From NCBI GenBank assembly GCA_002269645.1, contig NIVC01003339.1, forward strand, positions 1 to 64,000: a stretch of 64,000 bases of DNA, in the 5' to 3' direction. Positions 11,917-23,100 of the stretch are shown here, in pieces. The notes under the pieces are model-generated. The model was not told where the DNA came from. It worked only from the letters and a program-made list of their open reading frames with translations, and did not search any database. This DNA comes from Macrostomum lignano (lineage: Eukaryota). The translations under genes and the position numbers were made by a program. Numbering within the stretch: the stretch's first letter is position 1; each line of letters starts with the position of its first letter.

Positions 11917-14900
11917 AGCAGCCGAATGTGACCAAATGGGAGACTATAGTTAGGGCTCAGCCAAGCGCGCTTGTCTTCCCAAATGCTTAAGGCACACTTC
12001 CGCTGCTGCAAAGTGTACAGTCGGTGATGGATGCTGGCAATACGATGAACAACGACAGAATGGCTGCAGAGCTCATTGAACACCCTTAGGTAGTCACTGT
12101 GAGCCAGCTCTTTCTTAACAATGCATCCTTGAACTCCTTTGGCCTTCTTCTTTTCCGCGGCTTGGCTACTCGCCTTGAATGAGTAAAGCTTCGGCCTTAG
12201 GAGCAGCCACTCCTCAAAGCGAGCACCGGCTGCTTCATCCTTAATGCAGCCAAGTCGCGCTTTTAAATCATTCGAGAATAGCGCGTGCTCTTGAGGATAG
12301 TTTGAAGTGTCGAGCAGCTGCTTCGACTTCAACAGCGGTAGAACTTTAGACTGAACGCTCATGTTGCTGATTGAGAGAAAGAAAGAATCGGTATCACCAC
12401 AGCATAGCTTGATGACACCTCCATCGTTCTCTATCCAGGGCTTCAGTTTGTCGTAAAACAGCTCGTACATAATCATTTTCGAAAAGTCTAGGACGCATTG
12501 CCCGATAAAAATAGGCCGATCGAGCTTTAATTTTGTCTTTTGCAGTTCCAAAACGCTTAGTGAATCAGTAATTATGATAAAATTGGTAATTGTCGGCTTG
12601 GCAAGCAGTACCTTTACCTTTTCCACGTTGGTGCAGACTCGAATATCACGCCGCTTTCGCACATTCTCCATAGTTTTGCCGAATAGCGCGTTATTCTTTA
12701 ACTTGTAGAAATCCTTTTCGAAGTTGGTTTTCGCTGCAGCCCGCTTCTGGCTATTTTTCTCGACGTAGGCAGCAAAGAGAGGTTCTTGGTGAAACTCAAT
12801 CATGCGATTGATGCGTCTAACCCGCATTCCATGGTTCAGGTAGAACGCCAAAATAGAGGAATGAACCACATAGGAAGGCTTATCGTGACAAGTGAGCATC
12901 AGCTTCTCTGTCGGATGATAGGTGGAGTTCTCCGTACCGACCTTTTCCCACAGCTGCTGCATGTATTCAGGAAATTCCCTGAAATTCGGGGCAGCCTTTT
13001 CCGGTGCAAATGGTAGGTCTTCGGTGGTTTCGTGAATCTCTGGGGATACTCAAGGTCAACATCAAAGAGGTAGGCGAGTGGATCGGTTAGCTTGAGTCCT
13101 CGAATGCGATCTTCAGTCCACAAAAGCAGCTCATCATCGTCCAGCCAACGGAATCCTCCGACTGGTAAGTTCATAGTGAGCGCCTGTCCATACAGGTTGT
13201 TTGCATCCACAGCAAGAAGCTCGGTGAGGCCAGCATGAATAGTAGGAGTGCCACCATCAACATCCTCATTGCTGTCAACACCAGTGCTGGCGCCCGCTGC
13301 TGAGGTAGCCTGCACTTTGTGGATGTTAACAAACGACATGCCGCCGCGAATGCCGCGCTCAAACAGCGAATACATCTGCGCATCTGTTAGCAGTTCAATC
13401 CCTGACTTGATGGATTTCAATGCCGAAGCGAATGATAGACCTGGTGTCGAAATAAAATGGACTGGATCAAGGCCATCCTCTTGCATGCTGATCTTGCGAA
13501 AATTTTCAAAAATATCAGCCAACTGCCTGATGTCGAGCTCGAGGTAGCACAGCATGTACTCTTTTAGATTTGAAACCTGAAATTCTCGCCAGGCGCGTTG
13601 AGCATGCTCATAGTCAGAGTTGGTGCAGTGGCTCTTAGTCAGAGCATTGTAGAAGCTCTCTTGGCTGGGAAGCACGGCATCCTTCAGCACGTCTGAATTT
13701 TTAAGATAGTCATACGGGAAAACTCCCTTGCTGAAAAGCACTTCGGATGATAGCAGTGGGAATCTGCTGCTGCGTAGGCGACTAGTGATACGACATTCAG
13801 CCTCTGGTAAATTTTTGATGAGCTGTGAGAGGCTGGCATTAAGAAATTGATTCGAATCAATGAACTGAATAGTAAAATTTAAAGGCTTGATCTTGCCCTC
13901 ACTCTCATACTCGCCGATTTTAAATTCGATTTTCATCGACAGAAACTGCTCTGGATTCAGAGGGATGACGGAGATTTTCCAACCCTCCATCAGACCCAAA
14001 GCGGATGACATCATGAGATGGAGATCGTACCCCTTGAAATTGTGGAACACGACGGGAAGGAAAGACCTCTTTAGTCTGGCCTTCATATTACAATCAGCAC
14101 ACGCAGCTCCCCGAAATTCTCCGCTGAGGTGGTCGTGATCCCAATGTTTATTGGACCCTTCCGTGAATTCGCTTCCACAATAGCAGCAAGCTGTGGCTTC
14201 TCTGAACTGTCGCCCTGCCATCTCTGTTCTTATCGCTGCTTGTCGACTGAACTCCGTGTTCCAGCCGTAAACTTCACGAGCGAGCTTCTCCAGCGATTGC
14301 AGGAAATCGGAAATGCACTTATTAGGATCGTCGCTGACAAAAGTGCTCACTTTATCATCCGCTCCTCTGGGCGCTAGACCAGTCATCCCTTCTCTGTGCA
14401 GCACGATGTAGCCAGCAGCAACAGCAATGTGCTCAGTTAACTTCTTCGTTGCTATACCAGCAATCGAATCTTCTTGGCATGGAGCATTCAATGCTTCGAA
14501 GTCGGCGTAAACAACAAATGGCGGACTAATTGTTTTTTCCCATGATGAGAATCGGAGAATATTATTCCTTTCATCCGGCAACTCTTCCTTGACGTTGATC
14601 ACTCCAGGTTGACAAGGAGCTCGGCTGTGTTCTTCAAAGGCTGCATCACTATGAAAGGGCAGCAAGCAGCGCTCACACCACTTCCGCCGATGCAGAGCTG
14701 CCTTGCTATTAAGAAGCCTGTTGATGCTTGAAACAGCACACCAATGACCCGAGGCCTCGTCTTCTGATGGTGGAATAAATAAGAGTAGAACAACTTCTCG
14801 ATCTTTCATTGTAGCTGCAGTAGGCAAGCGGAGGACTTGAGCGCTCTCTTTCTCCCAGATGAAAACCGTGAAGCAAAGTCTCGGGTTCAGTCTCTCAACA

Positions 14901-14923
14901 ATGGAAAGGTCAGTGGGTCATTG
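11386..14923 (-). pseudogene. Protein-primed family B DNA polymerase, remainder; frameshift in GGGG 13042-13045; SINE in polyQ tail
   Basis: Zn finger (CERC...H), ExoI VYADFE, endonuclease-VII-like domain (DHDHLSGEFRGAACADCN), ExoII FHNFKGYD, ExoIII YLELDI, and Pol motifs VDANNLYG, KLKNNALFGK, GDTDS. Native end QQQKSSKRRRLL-stop at 11386. Confidence 0.93.
11494..11857 (-). mobile_element. tRNA-derived SINE family B inserted in the PolB polyQ tract
   Basis: A box TAGTCCAGCGG, B box GGCTCGATTCC, poly(A) tail, (CAA)n on both sides; homologous to 29851-30214 and 31178-31449. Confidence 0.9.
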
Positions 14924-15985
14924 CATCATTCTGGCTTGCTCCATACTTTTTCCTGCGACTGGAACAGGCCTGTAGGGTGGCATCTGTTGCCGCCCAGCTT
15001 CTCCACTTGCCAGCTCAACAGGCTCCAAATCGACATCCTCGAAGAAGGCAGCATCCAACTCCGAAGGAGCCGCAAAACCAGTGGAACCGTCAGCTGGGAG
15101 GCCGGCATCAGCAGTTGGAAGGCCGGCACCGTCAGCTGGGAGGCCAGCATCAGTAGTTGGAAGGCCGGCACCGTCAGCTGGGAGGCCGGCATCAGCAGTT
15201 GGAAGGCCGGCACCGTCAGCTGGGAGGCCAGCATCAGTAGTTGGAAGGCCGGCACCGACAGCTGGGAGGCCAGCATCAGTAGTTGGAAGGCCGGCACCGT
15301 CAGCTGGGAGGCCGGCATCAGTAGTTGGAAGGCCGGCACCGTCAGCTGGGAGGCCGGCATCAGTAGTTGGAAGGCCGGCACCGTCAGCTGGGAGGCCGGC
15401 ATCAGTAGTTGGAAGGCCGGCACCGTCAGCTGGGAGGCCGGCATCAGTAGTTGGAAGGCCGGCACCGTCAGCTGGGAGGCCGGCATCAGTAGTTGGAAGG
15501 CCGGCACCGTCAGCTGGGAGGCCGGCATCAGCAGCTGGCGCAGCGGTTGAACCAAAAAAATCTGATTGCTGCTCCACAGCGGCAAGTGCAGCGGCAAGCA
15601 GATCAAAGTTTGCATCGGTAGCGTGCTGAAAATCTTCATCAGGCTGCTGAAAGACGCCCTGAATTGTCTGGCTGAGTGCGCTGACCGGTGCTCGACTGCG
15701 CTCGATAATGTTGAGCTGCTCTTGACGCTGGGCAGCCTCCAAGGCAGCAAAGCGGGCTCGTTTTAAATCTCCAGGTGAGCTCCAGTTAATAATAATGTGG
15801 TTTTTGTGAGCTCGAACTTGCTGGCGCACATTAAAGAGCTCACGCGTCTGGCACTCGTGGCAAAGCATCCAGCGACTGACATTGCAGCTGCTTTTCATTT
15901 TGTGACGTTTTAAGCCACCGAGCTCACATGAGTTGCATGAAATGCATACCTCGTACACATATGAAGGGCAGCGCGATTTATTCAT
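14918..15985 (-). CDS. Second, C-terminally truncated copy of Polinton ORF1 with 10 x 14-aa repeat
   Basis: Near-identical to 8145-9197 up to MEQARMM, then stops at the junction with PolB sequence. Confidence 0.7.
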   Translation of the reverse strand: MNKSRCPSYVYEVCISCNSCELGGLKRHKMKSSCNVSRWMLCHECQTRELFNVRQQVRAHKNHIIINWSSPGDLKRARFAALEAAQRQEQLNIIERSRAPVSALSQTIQGVFQQPDEDFQHATDANFDLLAAALAAVEQQSDFFGSTAAPAADAGLPADGAGLPTTDAGLPADGAGLPTTDAGLPADGAGLPTTDAGLPADGAGLPTTDAGLPADGAGLPTTDAGLPADGAGLPTTDAGLPAVGAGLPTTDAGLPADGAGLPTADAGLPADGAGLPTTDAGLPADGAGLPTADAGLPADGSTGFAAPSELDAAFFEDVDLEPVELASGEAGRQQMPPYRPVPVAGKSMEQARMMQ

Positions 15986-16922
15986 TCCAAATTTTTTAAT
16001 GTTTGAATAGAAAAATCAAATTGAAGTTAAATTCAAATTAGAAGTAGAAACTTATGTCCCGTATTCAAGTATACGGTGTCTTATATACCTCGCTTATTCG
16101 AATCTGTGTTAATAAAAACATAGCCGCTATGTTTACAGCTTAGCTATGTTTACAGCTTAGCTATGTTTACAGTCAGTAACCCAGCCGTCTCAGAAACCGG
16201 TTTTTTAAAATAATTTTATTAGAAAACCCAGATACAGAGCCTCTATTGAAAGCATACATGTACAAAAGTTCCTTTGCACTTGCCGCCAACTGGAACTCCC
16301 GACCAGACTGGGGAGCAATAAAACTGATAATTATTGAGCGTCCAATTCCATTTAGCAACACACCCACCACCCCAAGAAAGGGGGAGATGCTTGGCTATTA
16401 TAATCTTATTAAAGCAGCATCTTGTTATTGAAACTTTTGCCTAATTAATAGGCAAAAGTTTCAATTAATTCCAAAATTCCAAAATCCTTAAATTCCAAAA
16501 TCAAGTGATTTTTCAACAGTTGGTAGCTCAAATTTTAGACATGAATTGCAAATTGATTTTATTGTAATCATTGAAATAAAGACACGCCCCTCCTCCTTTT
16601 ACGATACCCGATGGAATATTAAATGTCATTCAGAAGCAAAGCATTGCCTGGTTTTATTAACCGAACCGCCTGTGTCCGTCGTAGCAGAACACGCATTTGC
16701 CAATACTCATTCATTGCGGTTAACGGAATTCCCGCGGAGCCCCACCCCAATCGCAAATACTTGCACCAATGTACTCTCACTAGGAGGTCTCACGGAATTT
16801 CCATGGCCTGCCCTGCGGCAGAGTCGCTCAATGGATTTACATAGGCCCGTATGTTCACTCACTAGGGCCCATGGCTTTTCCACGGAAATTCCTGCGGCAG
16901 AGTTCTGTTATCCCATACTACT
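14924..16922 (-). repeat. Right inverted arm (1999 bp)
   Basis: Inverted copy of 7222-8996; longer mainly by five extra 42-bp units and a short duplication near 16140. Confidence 0.95.
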
Positions 16923-17111
16923 AGTGTTAAAGAATTTTAATAAGAGCTAATTCTGATTATCATTCACACGAAATTCACACGAAATTTTTTGTGAACTAAT
17001 TTTTTTGTTATAAGCAATTTAAGTTTTTTGTCATTATTACAGTTACAAGTATTATTGGTGAGTTTGTTAGACGAAAAATCGAGCTTTATAGTAAATTTTT
17101 TCAATTGATTT

Positions 17112-20100
17112 TTAAACACTGTCTTTGTCCGTTAGCATTTCAGCTTCAGATGCTGAATCTGCCTCATTTGAGACGATGCTAGCTGTGTCTTCCTGTGTAA
17201 AGATATTAGAAAAATATTGAAATAAATGCTTAGTAATCAAGAATTTCATGTATAATCTGAAAAGCATCCTTTCTTTGTTGAAGTGTCTGTCTGAAGTGTC
17301 CTAGTGTCTGAATTAGGTGTCTCGATTGAATGCCATAATTGCCTGTGTTGAGTGTCTTGTTGTCTGTCCTAATTGTCTCAGTGTGATTCAACATATCTCA
17401 AGGTCTGTCTCGTAATGTCACTGTCTGTCCGAAGTGTCAGTGTCTGAAGTGTCTGAAGTGTCTGAAGTGCCTGAAGTATCTGAAGTGCCTGAAGTGCCTG
17501 AAGTATCTGAAGTATCTGAAGTATCTGAAGTATCTGAAGTATCTGAAGTGTCTGAAGTGCCTGAAGTGCCTGAAGTATCTGAAGTGTCTGAAGTATCTAA
17601 AGTATCTGAAGTGCCTGAAGTATCTGAAGTATCTGAAGTATCTGAAGTGCCTGAAGTGCCTGAAGTATCTGAAGTATCTGAAGTATCTGAAGTATCTGAA
17701 GTATCTGAAGTGCCTGAAGTATCTGAAGTATCTGAAGTATCTGAAGTATCTAAAGTGTCTGAAGTTTCTGAAGTGTCTGAAGTGCCTGAAGTATCTGAAG
17801 TGTCTGAAGTATCTGAATTATCTGAAGTATCTGAAGTATCTGGAGTATCTGAAGTGTCTGAAGTGCCTGAAGTGCCTGAAGTATCTGAAGTGTCTGAAGT
17901 ATCTGAAGTATCTGAAGTGCCTGAAGTATCTGAAGTATCTGAAGTATCTGAAGTGCCTGAAGTGCCTGAAGTATCTGAAGTATCTGAAGTATCTGAAGTA
18001 TCTGAAGTATCTGAAGTGCCTGAAGTATCTGAAGTATCTGAAGTATCTGAAGTATCTGAAGTGTCTGAAGTGTCTGAAGTTTCTGAAGTGTCTGAAGTGC
18101 CTGAAGTATCTGAAGTGTCTGAAGTATCTGAATTATCTGAAGTATCTGAAGTATCTGGAGTATCTGAAGTGTCTGAAGTGTCTGAAGTATCTGAAGTGTC
18201 TGAAGTGTCTGAAGTGTCTGAAGTATCTGAAGTATCTGAAGTATTTGAAGTGCCTGAAGTATCTGAAGTATCTGAAGTATCTGAAGTGTCTGAAGTATCT
18301 GAAGTATTTGAAGTGTCTGAACTATCTGAAGTATCTGAAGTATCTGAAGTATCTGAAGTGTTTGAAGTGTCTGAAGTGTCTGAAGTGTCTGAAGTGTCTG
18401 AAGTATCTGAAGTGTCTGAAGTGTCTGAACTATCTGAAGTATCTGAAGTGTCTGAAGTATCTGAAGTGTCTGAAGTATCTGAAGTGTCTGAAGTGTCTGA
18501 AGTATCTGAAGTATCTGAACTATCTGAAGTGTCTGAACTATCTGAAGTATCTGAGGTATCTGAAATGTCTGAAGTGTCTGAAGTATCTGAAGTGTCTGAA
18601 GTATCTGAAGTGTCTGAAGTATCTGAAGTGTCTGAAGTATCTGAAGTGTCTGAAGTATCTGAAGTGTCTGAAGTGTCTGAAGTATCTGAAGTGTCTGAAG
18701 TATCTGAAGTGTCTGAACTATCTGAAGTGTCTGAAGTATCTGAAGTATCTGAAATGTCTGAAGTATCTGAAGTATCTGAAATGTCTGAAATATCTGAAGT
18801 ATCTGAAATGTCTGAAGTGTCTGAAGTGTCTGAAGTGTCTGAAGTGTTTGAAGTATCTGAACTATCTGAAGTGTCTGAACTATCTGAAGTGTCTGAAGTA
18901 TCTGAAGTATCTGAAATGTCTGAAGTGTTTGAAGTATCTGGAGTATCTGAAATGTCTGAACTATCTGAAGTATCTGAAGTATCTGAAATGTCTGAAGTAT
19001 CTGAAGTATCTGAAGTGTCTGAAGTGTCTGAACTATCTGAAGTGTCTGAACTATCTGAAGTATCTGAAGTATCTGAAATGTCTGAAGTGTCTGAAGTGTC
19101 TGAAGTGTTTGAAGTATCTGAACTATCTGAAGTATCTGAAGTGTCTGAACTATCTGAAGTATCTGAAGTATCTGAAATGTCTGAAGTATCTGAAGTATTT
19201 GAAGTGTTTGAAGTGTCTGAAGTGTCTGAAGTGTCTGAAGTGTCTGAAGTGTCTGAAGTGTCTGAAGTGTCTGAAGTATCTGAAGTGTCTGAAGTATCTG
19301 AAATGTCTGAAGTATCTGAAGTATCTGAAGTGTCTGAAGTGTCTGAAGTATCTGAAGTATTTGAAGTGTCTGAAGTATCTGAAGTGTCTGAAGTGTCTGA
19401 AGTGTCTGAAGTATCTGAAGTGTCTGAAGTATCTGAAGTGTCTGAAGTGTCTGAAGTATCTGAAGTATCTGAAGTGTCTGAACTATCTGAAGTATCTGAA
19501 GTATCTGAAATGTCTGAAGTATCTGAAGTATCTGAAGTGTCTGAACTATCTGAAGTATCTGAAGTATCTGAAATGTCTGAAGTATCTGAAGTATTTGAAG
19601 TGTTTGAAGTGTCTGAAGTGTCTGAAGTGTCTGAAGTGTCTGAAGTGTCTGAAGTGTCTGAAGTGTCTGAAGTGTCTGAAGTATCTGAAGTATTTGAAGT
19701 GTCTGAAGTATCTGAAGTGTCTGAAGTGTCTGAAGTGTCTGAAGTGTCTGAAGTATCTGAAGTATTTGAAGTGTCTGAAGTATCTGAAGTGTCTGAAGTG
19801 TCTGAAGTATCTGAACTATCTGAAGTGTCTGAAGTGTCTGAACTATCTGAAGTATCTGAAGCGACACCTGTCTTCACCAAATCCCTCATGAAAACCGAAA
19901 CGGTCCCTCACCTCATTATCCAGCGGATTAACGGTGATATTCAAGGCAGAATTATCCCATTCCATTTCGGCTTGAGACTCAGCATCCACTGGTAGAGTTT
20001 TCCCATTGCTGCCGCCGCCACCCCGACCGCCAGATAACCCGACAGACTGAGCAGAGCGCCTGTATCGCAGGTACATGAGCCCCAGGGCTAGAATGACAAG

Positions 20101-23100
20101 TCCGGCAGTTGCCAGGCCAATCAGAATCGGAGCTACAGGTGTCGAAACCGAGCCATTGTCCAGCAGATCTTCTTGACGCGATTGCTGATGATGCAACAGC
20201 AGAGTCTTGTCAGCTTTGACGGCGTGACTCTCCGCCAAGTGATGCCGACCAACATCATTCTCGTTATTGAGACCACTGTCACTGCTCAGTCCTGACGATG
20301 ATAGAATATCCGCTTCGTCAGATTTTAGACCGGATGGCAACGGCATAGCAACGGGTGTCGGATCGGGTAGCTGTTTCTTCACAGTGTGTTTGGCTTCGCC
20401 ACCAGTTGCAGCCGGGTGCAGCACAGAGAGCTGAAGTTTCGGCAGGCATATACACGTGGGTATATTTATATATATATATATGGTTGAAACCGCACTATAA
20501 CTCGAAGGCTAGGAGCCAATGACTAATCTTCTGAATCCTCATACCAGATTTAGTACGCTTCTATATCCATCAATACTTACTGCAACGTGTACACGCAGTT
20601 AGGGGTTTAGGAAACGCGCGTTGTACTTGCAGGCACACACACACACACACGTTCAGCCTCGATCCCTCATCTTCTCTCTGCCTTCCCTGTCCAGTTCCTC
20701 ACTAAAATCCCCTATAGACCAGCGAAAATTATACACAGAAGGGAGAGAGAATGAGGTGGGGGAGAGAAGAGGAGAGCACCGAAAAAGTTAAAAGTCGTAC
20801 ATGTAGATAGGCTTGATGCCAAGGCCTCTACCGAAGGAAGGGGAAGGGGCACAAGCCTTAAGAGACAGGGGCGCTAGGCTATGAGACAGGAGCGCCAGCC
20901 TAACAGACAGGGGCACCAACCTATATATAACAGGCAGGGGCGCCAACCTATATATAACAGGCAGGGGCGCCAACCTAACAGACAGGGCACCAACCTAACA
21001 GACAGAGGCGCCAACCTATATATAACAGGCAGGGGCGCCAACCTAACAGACAGGGGCGCCAACCTATATATAACAGGCAGGGGCGCCAACCTAACAGACA
21101 GGGGCGCCAACCTATATATAACAGACAGGGCGCCAACCTAACAGACAGGGGCGCCAACCTAACAGACAGGGCGCCAACCTAACAGACAGGGCGCCAACCT
21201 AACAGACAGGGCGCCAACCTAACAGACAGGGCGCCAACCTAACAGACAGGGGCGCCAACCTAACAGACAGGGGCGCCAATCTATATATAACAGACAGGGC
21301 GCCAACCTAACAGACAGGGGCGCCAACCTAACAGACAGGGCGCCAACCTAACAGACAGGGCGCCAACCTAACAGACAGGGGCGCCAACCTAACAGACAGG
21401 GGCGTCAACCTATATATAACAGACAGGGCGCCAACCTAACAGACAGGGGCGCCAACCTTACAGACAGGGGACCAACCTAACAGACAGGGGCGCCAACCTA
21501 ACAGACAGGGGCGCCAAACTAACAGACAGGGGCGCCAACCTATATATAACAGACAGAGGCGCCAACCTATATATAACTATATATAACAGACAGGGGCGCC
21601 AACCTATATATAACTATATATAACAGACAGGGGCGCCAACCTAACAGACGGGCGCCAACCTAACAGACAGGGGCGCCAACCTAACAGACAGGGGCGCCAA
21701 CCTAACAGACAGGGGCGCCAACCTAACAGACAGGGGCGCCAACCTAACAGACAGGGGCGCCAACCTAACAGACAGGGGCGCCAGCCTAACAGACAGGGGC
21801 GCCAACCTAACAGACAGGGGCGCCAGCCTAACAGACAGGGGCGCTAAACTACATTTAACAGACAGGGGCGCCAAACTACATATAACAGACAGGGGCGCCA
21901 ACCTAACCGAGAGGGGCGCCAACGACTTCTAAACCAGATTCTAGTCTTAAAAGATCTCCTTGCTTTGACAAAAAAGTTTAGGGCGGTAGGGTTAGAAAAA
22001 TAGTTGAAATTGATTTTTTTAGATAGAACGATAGCTTAGCCTAAGTAAAACTGAGGTTGGAATGGGATCAGAGGGGAATAGAGGGAAGCCACAGTCATCT
22101 TCGAAGAAGCCAATTAAGGAAAAGTTGAATTAGATTGAAGTCCTCAATCAGTGCGAGGATTTTGGGGAAAATCGAATTTCAACCCGTTGGTTCAAATTGA
22201 CTTCGACCTTGACTTTTTTGCGCAGAAATCTTCTTTGGCGGCCTTTTACTGTCTGCGAATGCAAAAGTACGTTTTTTAAAATTCTCTGTATGCAATCTTT
22301 CTAACCCTCTAACTACCCTTCCTGCCTCCTCTACCTACCCTTCCCACCTACTTCATCTACCCTTCCTACCTACGTCATCTACCCTTTCTGACTCCTCTAT
22401 CTATTCTTCCGACCTACTTTATCTACCCTTCCTACCAACTTTATTTACCATTTCTACCTCCCCTATCTACCCTTTCTGCTTCCTCTATCTACCCTTCCGA
22501 CCTACTGTATCTACCCTTTCTGCCTTCTCTATCTACCCTTTCTGACTCCTCTATCTACCCTTTCTGACTCTATCTACCCTTTCTGACTCCTCTATCTATT
22601 CTTCCGACCTACTTTATCTACCCTTCCTACCTACTTTATTTACCATTTCTACCTCCCTATCTACCCTTTCTGCCTCCTCTATCTACCCTTTCTGCCTCCT
22701 CTATCTACCCTTTCTGCCTCCTCTATCTACCCTTCCTGCCTCCGCTATCTACCCTTTCTGCCTCCTCTATCTACCCTTTCTGCCTCCTCTATCTACCCTT
22801 TCTGCCTCCTCTATCTACCCTTCCTGCCTCCGCTATCTACCCTTGCTGACTCCTTCATCTCCCATTTTACATTCCATATTTACACATTCAGAATCGCACA
22901 TTTACCCACCCAACACTACACATTTAAGGCTTCCTCAACCGGCAGTCTACACAAATTAAAAGTACACACAACCGGATTCGAGCATGCAGTCACAGCCACC
23001 ATGGATACTAAAATCGATTTTTCCCTCTCATGACTTCCCAGCATATCCGTCTCTACATCTTTCTCTCTTCACCCCTATCCTTTTTCTGCCAGTCAGAATA

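Larger units (their letters stand above)
7222..16922. mobile_element. Polinton/Maverick derivative (non-autonomous, two left ends)
   Basis: Begins AGTAGTATGGG, ends CCCATACTACT, flanked by identical AGTGTT (7216-7221, 16923-16928). 6-bp TSD, AGT-repeat termini and a protein-primed PolB are Polinton hallmarks. No integrase, capsid, ATPase or protease recognised. Confidence 0.93.

Noticed and set aside
17418-19995. Long ORFs of 548-853 aa (SDT, VSE, QTL, CLK repeats)
   Set aside because: Expected from a 9-bp unit lacking stops in several frames; they lie in an intron with a good downstream terminal exon.
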